A DNA stretch of 60,444 nt from Anaerolineae bacterium (GTDB lineage: Bacteria > Chloroflexota > Anaerolineae > B4-G1 > SLSP01), in NCBI GenBank assembly GCA_025454475.1, contig JALOOJ010000002.1, positions 1 through 60,444 on the forward strand. The letters are read 5' to 3'. The notes beneath the pieces were generated by a model that was given only the letters and a program-made list of their open reading frames with translations, was not told the origin of the DNA and did not search any database. How positions within the stretch are numbered: position 1 is the first letter of the stretch; each line of letters starts with the position of its first letter. Shown here one piece after another: positions 26,888 through 36,651 of this stretch. Position numbers and translations under genes: made by a program.

Positions 26888-29300
26888 CCTTCTCCTCCCC
26901 AGCAGCCTTGTCCGCCCGCGGTTCCCCAGCCAGCGTCTTGAGACGCGCCTGCACCTTCTGGTTGATCGTCCCCTCAGCGTAGGCGCCCTCCGCATCAGGC
27001 TCACCTGCTGGCAGCCCGGTCAGGATCTCGATGCCCTGATCCACGTGCCCAACGGCATAGATGTGAAACCGCTCCGCAGCCACTGCCTCCACGACATCCT
27101 GGCGTAGCATCAGGTTTATGACGTTGGAAGCAGGGATCAGAACTCCCTGGTCACCTGTCAGCCCTCGCGCCCGGCAGATGTCAAAGAACCCCTCGATCTT
27201 CTCATTGACGCCGCCAATTGCCTGGACCTCGCCTTTTTGGCTCACCGACCCGGTTACTGCAAGCGACTGCTTGATCGGCACGCCCGAGATCGCCGACAGA
27301 AGCGCATAGAGCTCGGCCGAAGAGGCACTGTCCCCATCGATTCCGCCGTAGGACTGCTCAAACACCAAACTCGCCGAGAGCGACAACGGCGCCTCAGCGG
27401 CATAGCGCCCGGAAAGAAACCCGGTCAGGATCAGCACGCCCTTGGAATGCAGGGGCCCGCCCAGATCGACCTCGCGCTCGATATCAACCACCTTGCCCTT
27501 GCCCGCGTTGATCCGCGCCGTAATGCGCGCGGGCTGACCGAAGGCGAAGTTGCCCAGCATCGCCACAGAGAGCCCATTGATCTGCCCGACCTCAGAGCCA
27601 TTCGTATCGATGACAACCGTCCCGCGAAGGATCGCCTCTTGGACACGTTCCCGAACACGGTCCATACGAAAAATCCAGGAATCGATCGCACGCTGTACAT
27701 CAGCGGACGTGACCGCTCGGTGATCCGACTGACGCGCCCAGTGCTCCGCCTCCAGCATCAGGTCCTTGAGCTCTTGGGTCTGGGCGGAGAGTTTCCCCGA
27801 ATCGCCGCTGATACGCGCCCCATGCTCCAGGAGCCGCTCGACCGCGCTGCGATCGAAGGGCAAGAGCTTCTCCTGCCGCGCCAGCGTCGCGATCAGACGT
27901 GCATACAGCCTCTGAGTCTCTGTGTCTCGCGGGATCACGTCGCCGAAGTCAGCCATGACCTTGAACAACTCAGCGAACTCCGGATCCATCGACCAAAGCA
28001 GATAGTAGAGCCGGGAATCGCCAATGAGCGCCACCCTGACCTGTAGCGGGATGCGCTCGGGCTCAAGCGACACCGTGCTGATCAGCCCCAGGTGCTGCCC
28101 AAGCGGCTCGACGGCGATTTGCTGGCTGAGCAGCGCCCGCTTGAGCCCCTCCCAAGCCTGAGGCTGCATCAACAGCTTGGCCGCATCGACCATCAGGTAA
28201 CCCCCGTTTGCCCGATGCAGCGCACCAGCCTTGATCAGCGTGAAATCGGTCACCAGTGCGCCCATCTGGGCCCGATGCTCAATCCGCCCGATCATGTTCG
28301 CGTACGTCGGGTTGTCTTCGTAGATCACTGGCGCGCCCTCAGCGCCGCTGCGATCCACCAACACGTTGACGCCATAGCGCAGAAAGAACTGCCCCGGCGA
28401 CTGCCGTTGCATCACCCCTAACACCTCAGGGGCACCACCCTCCGGCTGCGGCAGGAACAGCTCGGCATTTTGCACGATGTCGTTCCGAACAGCATCGAGG
28501 TGCGCGACCACTTTCGTATGGTCCGCATACTTCCGGCGCAGCTCATCGATCAGAACCCCCACCGCGAGATTGGCCATCTCGCGGCTCAGCTCATTCAGCT
28601 GGTCGCGCATTTCGCGCTGCCACCCCGGCATCTGACCCAGGATGCGCTCAAGCTCCTTCTGCAAGGCCTCCACCTTCTCCTGCAGCGCCTTCTGTGTCTC
28701 CTCGGGCAGCTTCTGTATTTCGTCAGGGGAGAGTACCTCGCCTTCGCGCACCGGCGCTACCGCCACGCCACCGGGCGTGCGGATCAGGGCGAGGCCCTCG
28801 CCGCGAGCGCGCTGCTGCAGCAGCTCAAACGCATCCGACTGACGATCGCGGAACTCCTCATTGACCGACTGACGCCGCGATTGATATTCCTCGCTATCAA
28901 ACGCCGCCGACAGCGCCGCGCGCGCCTCCTGAACGAGGGCCTCCATATCCCTGCGGAACACGGCGCCGCTGCCCGCGGGCAGCGCAATAGCGACAGGCCG
29001 ATGCTCCTCGACGAGGTTGTGCACATAGCACCAGTCCGACGGCGTCGACTCGCTGCGGGCCTGTGCCTCGAAGTGTAACCGCACGAGGTCGCGCTTGTCC
29101 AACCCCTCCGGGCCTGCCGCATAAATGTTGAACCCTGTGCTCCTGATCCCGGTGCCAAACCGGATCGCGTCGACAGCGCGGGGTTGACCGACCACTTCGT
29201 CTAGGTCTGCGAGGTCATCGGTGGTGGTGAAACCGATGTCTGAGAGGTTAGTGCTTCGATAGAGCTGCGCTGGCTGAAGGCGATAGGTGTTGGCTCCCAT
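26880..29300 (-). CDS. Lon-like protease (LonC/LonB-type, S16 C-terminal domain)
   Basis: VVGQPRA, GALHRANGGYL, GQINGL, catalytic DGDSAS and GGVNEKIEG. GGAGG RBS before ATG 29300. Confidence 0.92.
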   Translation of the reverse strand: MGANTYRLQPAQLYRSTNLSDIGFTTTDDLADLDEVVGQPRAVDAIRFGTGIRSTGFNIYAAGPEGLDKRDLVRLHFEAQARSESTPSDWCYVHNLVEEHRPVAIALPAGSGAVFRRDMEALVQEARAALSAAFDSEEYQSRRQSVNEEFRDRQSDAFELLQQRARGEGLALIRTPGGVAVAPVREGEVLSPDEIQKLPEETQKALQEKVEALQKELERILGQMPGWQREMRDQLNELSREMANLAVGVLIDELRRKYADHTKVVAHLDAVRNDIVQNAELFLPQPEGGAPEVLGVMQRQSPGQFFLRYGVNVLVDRSGAEGAPVIYEDNPTYANMIGRIEHRAQMGALVTDFTLIKAGALHRANGGYLMVDAAKLLMQPQAWEGLKRALLSQQIAVEPLGQHLGLISTVSLEPERIPLQVRVALIGDSRLYYLLWSMDPEFAELFKVMADFGDVIPRDTETQRLYARLIATLARQEKLLPFDRSAVERLLEHGARISGDSGKLSAQTQELKDLMLEAEHWARQSDHRAVTSADVQRAIDSWIFRMDRVRERVQEAILRGTVVIDTNGSEVGQINGLSVAMLGNFAFGQPARITARINAGKGKVVDIEREVDLGGPLHSKGVLILTGFLSGRYAAEAPLSLSASLVFEQSYGGIDGDSASSAELYALLSAISGVPIKQSLAVTGSVSQKGEVQAIGGVNEKIEGFFDICRARGLTGDQGVLIPASNVINLMLRQDVVEAVAAERFHIYAVGHVDQGIEILTGLPAGEPDAEGAYAEGTINQKVQARLKTLAGEPRADKAAGEEKGE

Positions 29301-29506
29301 AGCCGCGTGCCTCCTCCTGGACTGGAGATGATGGTGTCGCTTCTGGTGCAAGTAGGCTTAGTCTAGCATAAACTGCCACAGGTCAACGGATGCCCAGGCC
29401 CAAGGGCCACACCGGCTCTGCTACGAGTCCTTGACCAGTGCTGAGGCCGTAGGATAATCCACCTTCAGACTGACACGTGCCCAGTGCCCGCCCAAGGAGC
29501 GCTCTG

Positions 29507-30430
29507 GTGAAACGGCTCGATCCGCTGCGTCATAGGCTCCGCCCGCTATACCACCGTGCGGACGCCCGAAGCCAAGGGATCCTTGGCATCTTGAGATCTG
29601 CTATCCAGCGCTATGGCGAGGGTCAAGCCTCACAGGCTGCAGCTGGTCTGGCCTACTACATCTTCTTCTCGCTGTTTCCCCTGCTCCTGATCTTGGTGAC
29701 CGTTGCGACGTATGTTTTGGAACTCAACAGCGACGAGGCCTTCAGCCAGGCGGTCGGCTTCATCACGCAGGCGATTCCAGTCTCGCATGATCTCATCGCC
29801 AACAACCTGAAGACCGTCCTCGACCTCCGCGGAGCGGTCGGGCTGGTGAGCCTCGTCGGCACCCTCTGGTCCGCATCCAGCGCCTTCACCATCCTTGATC
29901 ACAACATCAACCTGGCCTGGCCTAACAATCACAGCCGTGGCTATGTGCACAAGCGCCTTGTCGCCTTCGGCATAGTTGGCGTGCTCGTGCTGTTGCTATT
30001 GCTATCGCTCGCCTCCTCAGCGATAGCGAGCATCATCCCAAGGCTGTTCCTGCCGGATCCCCGTCTTCAGGTACTCGAATCGTTCGTCTGGTCGGTTCTT
30101 TTCTCGCGTGTCGTTCCACTGCTCTTCAGCGCACTGCTGTTCGTAGCGCTCTACCGCTGGGTCCCCACCGCCAAAGTAAGCTGGCGCGCCGGCCTCTGGG
30201 GGGGGAGCATCGCGGCGACGGCGTGGGAGGCGGCCAAGGCCGGTGTCACATGGTTCCTGAGCAGTGGACTAACGAACTACCTCCTGGTCTACGGATCTCT
30301 AGCCAGTGTCGTCGTGCTGCTGCTCTGGATCTATATCAGCGCGTCAATCACGCTATTCGGAGCGCATCTCACTGCGGCCATCGATCGACGCCCCATACGA
30401 CAGAAAGCCACCGACACCAACGCAATATGA
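29507..30430 (+). CDS. YihY/virulence factor BrkB family membrane protein
   Basis: AAGLAYYIFFSLFPLLL, LWSASSAF, LYRWVP and YGSLASVVVLLLWIY. TTGACC...GATAAT promoter at ~29431-29458. Confidence 0.9.
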   Translation: MKRLDPLRHRLRPLYHRADARSQGILGILRSAIQRYGEGQASQAAAGLAYYIFFSLFPLLLILVTVATYVLELNSDEAFSQAVGFITQAIPVSHDLIANNLKTVLDLRGAVGLVSLVGTLWSASSAFTILDHNINLAWPNNHSRGYVHKRLVAFGIVGVLVLLLLLSLASSAIASIIPRLFLPDPRLQVLESFVWSVLFSRVVPLLFSALLFVALYRWVPTAKVSWRAGLWGGSIAATAWEAAKAGVTWFLSSGLTNYLLVYGSLASVVVLLLWIYISASITLFGAHLTAAIDRRPIRQKATDTNAI

Positions 30431-30446
30431 AACCGCCCCAAAGAGG

Positions 30447-30473
30447 CCGGGCTCCCTTTCGAGAGCCCGGTTT
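30447..30473 (+). terminator. Intrinsic terminator after the YihY gene
   Basis: CCGGGCTC-cctttcga-GAGCCCGG followed by TTT. Confidence 0.6.
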
Positions 30474-30666
30474 GGTGTGAAGGATGCCTCGCAATTGGAT
30501 GGCGGGTACCAACTGCAAGAACGAGGGAAAACCTTCACTGTACTATTCGGACGCCCAAACTGCCGGAAATCTTACCCCTGCTACCATACTTTCCAGTTCG
30601 AATGCAGTCGCTGGGTGCATTTCTGTTGTACAATGACGTAAGGTCGTTTCAGTGAAAGGAGCCACC

Positions 30667-30963
30667 ATGAGTGACGGGAAACTGCGCACTGAGGAGTTTC
30701 GAGTAAGCGGCGAGAGGATGATCACTAAGGTCAAGGAACTACTGAAACAGGGCAACGTCCGCCGCATCGTCATCCAGAACGAAGATGGACGGCCCCTGAT
30801 CGACCTGCCGCTCACCTGGGGGGTAGTGGGGACAATCGTGGCGCCCCAGTTAGCTGCGCTGGGCGCGATTGCAGCCCTGATTACCCGCGGAACGATTCTG
30901 GTCGAGAAAGTCGGCGGCTCTGAGGTGGAGGACGCGACGCCTGCAGAGCCTGAATCGGCCTAA
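30667..30963 (+). CDS. DUF4342 domain-containing protein
   Basis: EEFRVSGE...KVKELLKQGNVRRIVI...LPLTWGV...APQLAALGAIAAL. AAAGGAG RBS. Confidence 0.85.
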   Translation: MSDGKLRTEEFRVSGERMITKVKELLKQGNVRRIVIQNEDGRPLIDLPLTWGVVGTIVAPQLAALGAIAALITRGTILVEKVGGSEVEDATPAEPESA

Positions 30964-30972
30964 CCCGAGAAC

Positions 30973-31010
30973 CACAGAGGTGCGGAGCTCGTTGTCTCCG
31001 CGCCTCTGTG
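30973..31010. terminator. Hairpin between convergent genes (likely bidirectional terminator)
   Basis: CACAGAGGTGCGGAG...CTCCGCGCCTCTGTG. Confidence 0.65.
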
Positions 31011-31047
31011 TACCCTTCAGAATACCTACCCCGGCTTGGTATGGCCT

Positions 31048-31452
31048 CTAGTAGCTGACCTTCCTGGGAAGCTCCTTGGCGGCTGCTACCCAGCTCTCCA
31101 CCTGCGACTGAGCTGGCAGGCGGCGCACGAGATGCTTGGCCTCGTTGGTCTCCTTGAGTCTCGCATAGAGGTTCGCGCCGTTGCGCTGGGCCAATTCCGG
31201 CACCGTGTCTACGCCCGCGGCCTCCAGGAGATCCGAGTACTCCTCACCAATGCCCTTGACCCTGAACAAATCGACACGATTTACCCACTCCAGGATCAGT
31301 GTACTGGTTATGTCAGTCACCTCGGCCAGCTCCTTCCGGCCCTGCGGTGTCGCCCCGCGCTCCAGTAGATTCTCTATCGATGTGACTCCCGCGTCAGTCA
31401 GCTTCCGTGCATAGACGGGCCCAATACCCTCCACCGCGATCAACTTCGTCAT
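31048..31452 (-). CDS. DUF4332 domain-containing helix-hairpin-helix protein
   Basis: VEGIGPVYA, DLFRVKGIGEEYSDLLEAAGVDTVPELAQRN. Confidence 0.88.
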   Translation of the reverse strand: MTKLIAVEGIGPVYARKLTDAGVTSIENLLERGATPQGRKELAEVTDITSTLILEWVNRVDLFRVKGIGEEYSDLLEAAGVDTVPELAQRNGANLYARLKETNEAKHLVRRLPAQSQVESWVAAAKELPRKVSY

Positions 31453-31683
31453 ATCTACCCTCCCTTTCGCCTAAGAGTCTCACCCCACCAAAACGGGCAA
31501 TCCTCCACCGCTGCGAGGCCGGGACCCCAAACGCTCAGGTGCAGGAATGCAGGTCACACCACCATTGTAGGCAGCCGGACGAATGCCGCAAAAAGCCGAC
31601 CGCCGGTTCCGACCGCATGATCTGTGTAGCTGATCCCGCCGTCCTCAGGCACAGGTCGCGCAGATATCGCCCGGCTTGGGAGG

Positions 31684-33615
31684 CTACACGTCGAGGTTCT
31701 GCACCTCTAGCGCGTGCGACTGGATGAACTTCCGCCGTGGTGGGACCGCACTGCCCATCAGCATATCAAAGATGCGATCCGCTTCTGCGGCGTCCTCGAT
31801 CCGGACGCGTCGCAGCGTCCGTTTGTTGGGGTCCATCGTCGTCTCCCATAGTTGGTTGGGATTCATCTCGCCGAGGCCCTTGTATCGCTGCATTGATACC
31901 TTTCTCCCCTCGAGTTCGCGCAAGGTCCGCGCCAGGTCCGTCTCGGTGTAGAGGTACTGTTCATCGCGTCCGGCCTTGAGCAAGTAGAGCGGGGGCTGGG
32001 CAATGTAGAGATGTCCGGTCTCGATCAACCTCACCATGTAGCGGAAGAAAAACGTTAACAGCAACGTCGTGATATGCGCGCCATCGACATCGGCGTCGGT
32101 CATGATGATCACGCGGTCGTAGCGCAGGTTCTCGACACTGAACTGATCGCTGATCCCACAGCCCAAGGCTGAGATGATCGCCTGGATCTCGCGATTACTT
32201 AGGATCTTGTTGAGCCCGGCACGCTCGGTGTTGAGGATCTTCCCCCGCAGCGGCAGGATGGCCTGGAACTGCCTGTCGCGCCCTTGCTTAGCCGACCCAC
32301 CGGCCGAGTCACCCTCAACGATGAAGATCTCGCTGACGCTGGGATCGCGACTCGAACAGTCCGCCAACTTACCCGGCAGGGTCATACTCTCCAGCGCACT
32401 CTTGCGAATCACAAGGTCGCGTGCCTTACGGGCGGCTGCCCGCGCCTTCAGGGCTGTAAGACCCTTCTCCACAATGCGCCGTGCGGCCTTTGGATCGGTC
32501 TCGAAGAACTCAGAGATCGCATCGCTCGTCACCGTCTCAACGGCGAAGCGAACCTCGGGGTTCATCAGCTTCACCTTGGTCTGGCTCTCAAACTGCGGCT
32601 CGGCCACCTTGACACTGATGACAGCAGTTAGACCCTCGCGGACGTCATCGCCGCTAAGATTCGCGTCGCTGTCGCGCAGCACTGAGAGCTTGCGCCCGGC
32701 ATCGTTTATCGCTCGCGTGATCGCGGACCGGAAGCCGGTAAGGTGAGAGCCACCATCGATCGTGTTGATCGTGTTGGCGAAACAGAGCATCGTCTCGTTA
32801 TAGCTGTCGCTGTACTGGAACGCAACCTCAACAATGACGCCGTCGACCTCTTTCTCGATGTACAGAGGCTCGTGCAGCGCCTCGCGATTCCGATCGAGGT
32901 ACTTGACGAAGGACCGGATGCCTCCCTCAAAGTAAAAGGTCAGCCGGCGCTCCGGAACGACACGGCGATCGATCAGGTCGATCGTTACCCCCCGGGTCAC
33001 AAAGGCCATCTCGCGGAAACGTTGTGCCAACGTCTCGAAGCTATAGGACAGATCCGGCTCGGTGAAAATCCTGGTGTCAAAGCGAAAGGCCACTGTGGTT
33101 CCGGTATCGTCAGGGTCGCACGAGCCGATGACGTCGACGCCCGTGACCGGCTTGCCGCGCTCGAAACGCTGGCGGTAGACCTTACCATCGTCCGACCTGA
33201 CCGTTGCCTCCAGCCACTCCGATAGCGCATTCACAGCCGAGACGCCGACGCCGTGGAGGCCTCCCGACACCTTGTAGCCGCCGCCGTCGAACTTACCGCC
33301 GGCGTGCAGCGTACTCAGCACCAGCGTCAGCGCCGAGATACCCTTCTCGGCGTGGACTCCCACCGGGATGCCGCGTCCGTTATCGGCCACCGAGACGGTC
33401 AGATCGGGCTCGATCACAACACGGATGTGGTCGCAGGCCTCAGCCAGCGCCTCGTCGATCGAGTTGTCAACCACCTCGTAGACGAGGTGGTGCAGCGCGT
33501 GTACATCCGTGCCACCCACATACATACCGGGCCGACGGCGCACCGCCTCAAGGCCCTCCAGGACCTGGATGGTTGAGGCGTCATACTTCAATGTGTTAGT
33601 CGTTTTTACAGCCAT
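31684..33615 (-). CDS. gyrB: Type IIA topoisomerase B subunit (DNA gyrase subunit B, short form)
   Basis: [64 protein letters not shown] and YKGLGEM. Confidence 0.9.
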   Translation of the reverse strand: MAVKTTNTLKYDASTIQVLEGLEAVRRRPGMYVGGTDVHALHHLVYEVVDNSIDEALAEACDHIRVVIEPDLTVSVADNGRGIPVGVHAEKGISALTLVLSTLHAGGKFDGGGYKVSGGLHGVGVSAVNALSEWLEATVRSDDGKVYRQRFERGKPVTGVDVIGSCDPDDTGTTVAFRFDTRIFTEPDLSYSFETLAQRFREMAFVTRGVTIDLIDRRVVPERRLTFYFEGGIRSFVKYLDRNREALHEPLYIEKEVDGVIVEVAFQYSDSYNETMLCFANTINTIDGGSHLTGFRSAITRAINDAGRKLSVLRDSDANLSGDDVREGLTAVISVKVAEPQFESQTKVKLMNPEVRFAVETVTSDAISEFFETDPKAARRIVEKGLTALKARAAARKARDLVIRKSALESMTLPGKLADCSSRDPSVSEIFIVEGDSAGGSAKQGRDRQFQAILPLRGKILNTERAGLNKILSNREIQAIISALGCGISDQFSVENLRYDRVIIMTDADVDGAHITTLLLTFFFRYMVRLIETGHLYIAQPPLYLLKAGRDEQYLYTETDLARTLRELEGRKVSMQRYKGLGEMNPNQLWETTMDPNKRTLRRVRIEDAAEADRIFDMLMGSAVPPRRKFIQSHALEVQNLDV

Positions 33616-33683
33616 CGATAGTTACTGATACCTCACACAGCCCCACTCACAGGCCCCAACAACCTGACGATGCCAGGGCGCGA

Positions 33684-34724
33684 TCACTCACCAATCAGCG
33701 GGTGGGCTTTGGCCTCTTTGAGCCGCGTCGCATAGATCCTCTTGATCACCTCAAGATACTGCAGCCGTTCCTGGTAGAAGACCATCAGTGCCGCAGTCAA
33801 TGCCGTGCTCACGAAGGCATGCCCCACCAACCCCACAACCGTCGTCCAGGAATCGGGTTTGGGCAGCATCCAGACCACACGCAGGCCCTGAGAGATCACC
33901 CCTATCAGCCCAAACAGCAGTATCACATGAAGGAAATCGCTTCGCGTAAGGAGCAAGCTCTCCTTGAGCGCTTGGGCGATACCCCGGCGCAGCTGCACGA
34001 TCGCCGGGATCGCGAACACAAGGTGCAGTGCCACAAACAACACGATCGAAGAGGCCAACGTCAGAACCAGCCCCGCGAGCGTGAGGCTAACAAGCGAAAT
34101 CAGGCTAGCGAGAAATGACAGCGCCATCGCAAAGGAGAGCAGCACGGCGAGGATCAAGCTCCCCACCTTGAGCAACTGTCCCCAGAGCACCCATATTGTG
34201 GACGGACCAGGCAAGGACGACTCGGTCTCCGTGATAACCCGACGACCGATTGAGCCGAGGAAATGCGCGCCTAATCCCAGGCCAAACAACCCCAATGCCA
34301 GCGCCATCACGGTGAAGACCAGTAATGAGGTGATCTCGATCGCAATCTGGCCACCCAACGGGTTCAGCGCCGTCAACCGTGCCGGCATCAGAGCGGGCAC
34401 TCCGAGAAGCGGCGCCGGATTGAGCAGCGTGAACAGGTTGAAGTTCGCGCTGAGCTCATCGAGGATCTGGCCTAGCAGTGTGTAAGCGTCACCAACCTCA
34501 GGCACCGCGGCACTCGTCGCACTCCACTGCACAAAGAAGGCCTTGATCTCCTGCAGGATAGGTGCGACTGACAACCTGGGGCCGAGCCAGAGAAACAAGT
34601 CTAGGAGGACGGGAGGAACGGCGAGCCACGGTGCGCGAGCGACGGTCTCAAATCCCGTCGTGATACAGGCCAATGACCCCATAGGGCGCCGCGTTTCCTC
34701 CGGGGGTTCACGTACCTGGCTCAT
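33684..34724 (-). CDS. Conserved multi-pass membrane protein of unknown function
   Basis: PVLLDLFLWLGPRLS N-terminal motif and several TM segments. TGgTAGAAT lies 6 nt upstream of the ATG. Confidence 0.75.
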   Translation of the reverse strand: MSQVREPPEETRRPMGSLACITTGFETVARAPWLAVPPVLLDLFLWLGPRLSVAPILQEIKAFFVQWSATSAAVPEVGDAYTLLGQILDELSANFNLFTLLNPAPLLGVPALMPARLTALNPLGGQIAIEITSLLVFTVMALALGLFGLGLGAHFLGSIGRRVITETESSLPGPSTIWVLWGQLLKVGSLILAVLLSFAMALSFLASLISLVSLTLAGLVLTLASSIVLFVALHLVFAIPAIVQLRRGIAQALKESLLLTRSDFLHVILLFGLIGVISQGLRVVWMLPKPDSWTTVVGLVGHAFVSTALTAALMVFYQERLQYLEVIKRIYATRLKEAKAHPLIGE

Positions 34725-34779
34725 CCCGTAATTCTACCACAACGGACCGGAAAGGCGAGCCTTCCGCGGACCGCGGGCG

Positions 34780-34863
34780 ATCGCAGACGGCCTTCAGGCT
34801 ATCGCAGATGGCCTTCAGGCTATCGCAGATGGCCTTCAGGCTATCGCAGATGGCCTTCAGGCT
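34780..34863. repeat. 21-bp tandem repeat x4 (intergenic)
   Basis: ATCGCAGAYGGCCTTCAGGCT x4, head to tail with no spacers. Confidence 0.95.
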
Positions 34864-34888
34864 ACTCGCCCGCTCTTCCTCAGGACGC

Positions 34889-36589
34889 TCACTGCCCTAC
34901 AGACAGAGAGGTCGCCGCGTGTCCCGGAAGCGACTGTAACCGCGGCACCGCATCATCAAACCACAGGCTATAGAGCTCCTGATAGATTCCCTGTGCCTCG
35001 AGGGCCATCAGGGTGATGCTCACCAGGTCGCGGAAATCGGAGTCTCCTTCAGGAAGCATAAACGCAACGGGCCGAGTTGTGTATCTGCGGTCGGAGACAG
35101 AGAAGCCCTCTTCCCGGAAGTGAACCGCAAGAGCCGGCTGTCGTTCGGTCAGCAACGCGACGACCTCGCCGCCCTGCAGCGCCGCCAACGCATCGGCGAA
35201 ACTGGGATAGCCCACCGCCGAGAGTCCCGTACCTTGAGACAAGCTGGGCACAGCGGCCTCGGCAGCACTGCCCGCGACAACCCCCACGGGTTGGCCACCG
35301 AGTTGCCCCAAATCGGAGAAGGCCTCAGATGCCCGAGACATAATACTTACTCCATCATCCAGATACGGGATCGAGAAGTCGAACCCCAACTCCGCATCGC
35401 GCGTGTGTACCCAAGTACCTGCAAGCATGTCAACGTCACCGCGTTCGAGTCTCTGACGTGCATCCTGCTCGCTGGTCATCGGTACGAAGCTCACTGCCGA
35501 CACGCTCCCCAGCCAGAGCTCCGCGATACGCTCCACCAGGCGCAACGAAAACCCCGTTGGAACGCCATCCGCACGATCAGCGCTGTACGGCCAGCGATCT
35601 GTGAAATACCCGACGGTTAACACCCGGCGGTCGCGGACACGCGCCACGACATCGAGCGTGCTTATCTGCTGTGGAGATTGCGTGAGCTGCGGCGTCGGTG
35701 CATTGCCTGGCACGACCGGCAACGATGGCGGCGACGTGCCGGGCAACCATCTAGCATATAGGGCATCCCGCGCGCCATCGGCGCCCATATCCTGAAACGT
35801 CAGTTGCACGAGATTGTAGAAGAATGGATCATCCTGCCGGAAGATCATTGCGACTGGTTCTTGCGTCCATTGTCCAACGATCGTGGAGCCAGTGATGATC
35901 CGCCTGGCGCGCTCAAGCCTATGTCGCTGATCCGCATACGCATCGATCTCGCGCAACCGCAGTGCATCAATCACGTCAAAGTAGTGATCATACACAACAG
36001 AGGTCGGCGTCACGGATGCTGATGCCGCAAGCGCCTCGCCGCTGTCGGTCCAACTGACAATGCCGACGCGCTTTTCCGAGAGCTGTCCTAGCTCCTGAAT
36101 ACCGGTATCCGGGAAGGTGAGCAAGGCCATCCCATCGGCGAAATAGGCCGGACTGAAATCCGCGCGCGCCTGAGCTTCCTGCGTGTGCACCAGCCCGGCG
36201 AATACCACATCGACCGTGCCTTCAGCTAGATACTGGTAGGCAGTGTCGGAGCGCACTTGCCGGAACCGGACTGCCTCGGCAGACCCGAGCCATCGCCGGG
36301 CCAGCTCGTGCGCCAGGTCAATCTCCATCCCAGCCAACTGACTGTCAGCCGTTATATAGGAGAACGGTTCCAAATCATAGCGCACACCGACTACGATAGC
36401 ACCACGGGCGAGGATCCGCGCTGCCGTGGACATCTGCGGCGGAAGAGTCGCTTCGACCACTGGTGCGACAAACGCGCCGGTTCCGACGGCCTGTTCCTTG
36501 GCCTCACCTGAGGGGATTAGCCCGGCAAGGTCGGCGCATCCCGCCAGGAGCGCCACCAAGACCAGTAGACTGAGGCCCCATCGCTTCAA
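34889..36589 (-). CDS. Lipoprotein with two tandem periplasmic amino-acid-type (family 3) substrate-binding domains
   Basis: Lipobox LLAGC. Domain 1 has IVVGVRYDLEPFSY...GMEIDLA; domain 2 has LTVGYFTDRWPYS...GFSLRL. GGAGG precedes GTG/TTG at 36592/36589. Confidence 0.85.
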   Translation of the reverse strand: MKRWGLSLLVLVALLAGCADLAGLIPSGEAKEQAVGTGAFVAPVVEATLPPQMSTAARILARGAIVVGVRYDLEPFSYITADSQLAGMEIDLAHELARRWLGSAEAVRFRQVRSDTAYQYLAEGTVDVVFAGLVHTQEAQARADFSPAYFADGMALLTFPDTGIQELGQLSEKRVGIVSWTDSGEALAASASVTPTSVVYDHYFDVIDALRLREIDAYADQRHRLERARRIITGSTIVGQWTQEPVAMIFRQDDPFFYNLVQLTFQDMGADGARDALYARWLPGTSPPSLPVVPGNAPTPQLTQSPQQISTLDVVARVRDRRVLTVGYFTDRWPYSADRADGVPTGFSLRLVERIAELWLGSVSAVSFVPMTSEQDARQRLERGDVDMLAGTWVHTRDAELGFDFSIPYLDDGVSIMSRASEAFSDLGQLGGQPVGVVAGSAAEAAVPSLSQGTGLSAVGYPSFADALAALQGGEVVALLTERQPALAVHFREEGFSVSDRRYTTRPVAFMLPEGDSDFRDLVSITLMALEAQGIYQELYSLWFDDAVPRLQSLPGHAATSLSVGQ

Positions 36590-36651
36590 CACTGTCCTCC
36601 CGTTGCGGGTTGGCCTCTGAGCTCTCGGTCCAAACACGCTCGGACTCTGGA

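Noticed and set aside
34780-34863. Possible CRISPR array (also considered for 39094-39144 and 53733-53815)
   Set aside because: Units are head to tail with no unique spacers, and there are no cas genes in the window.
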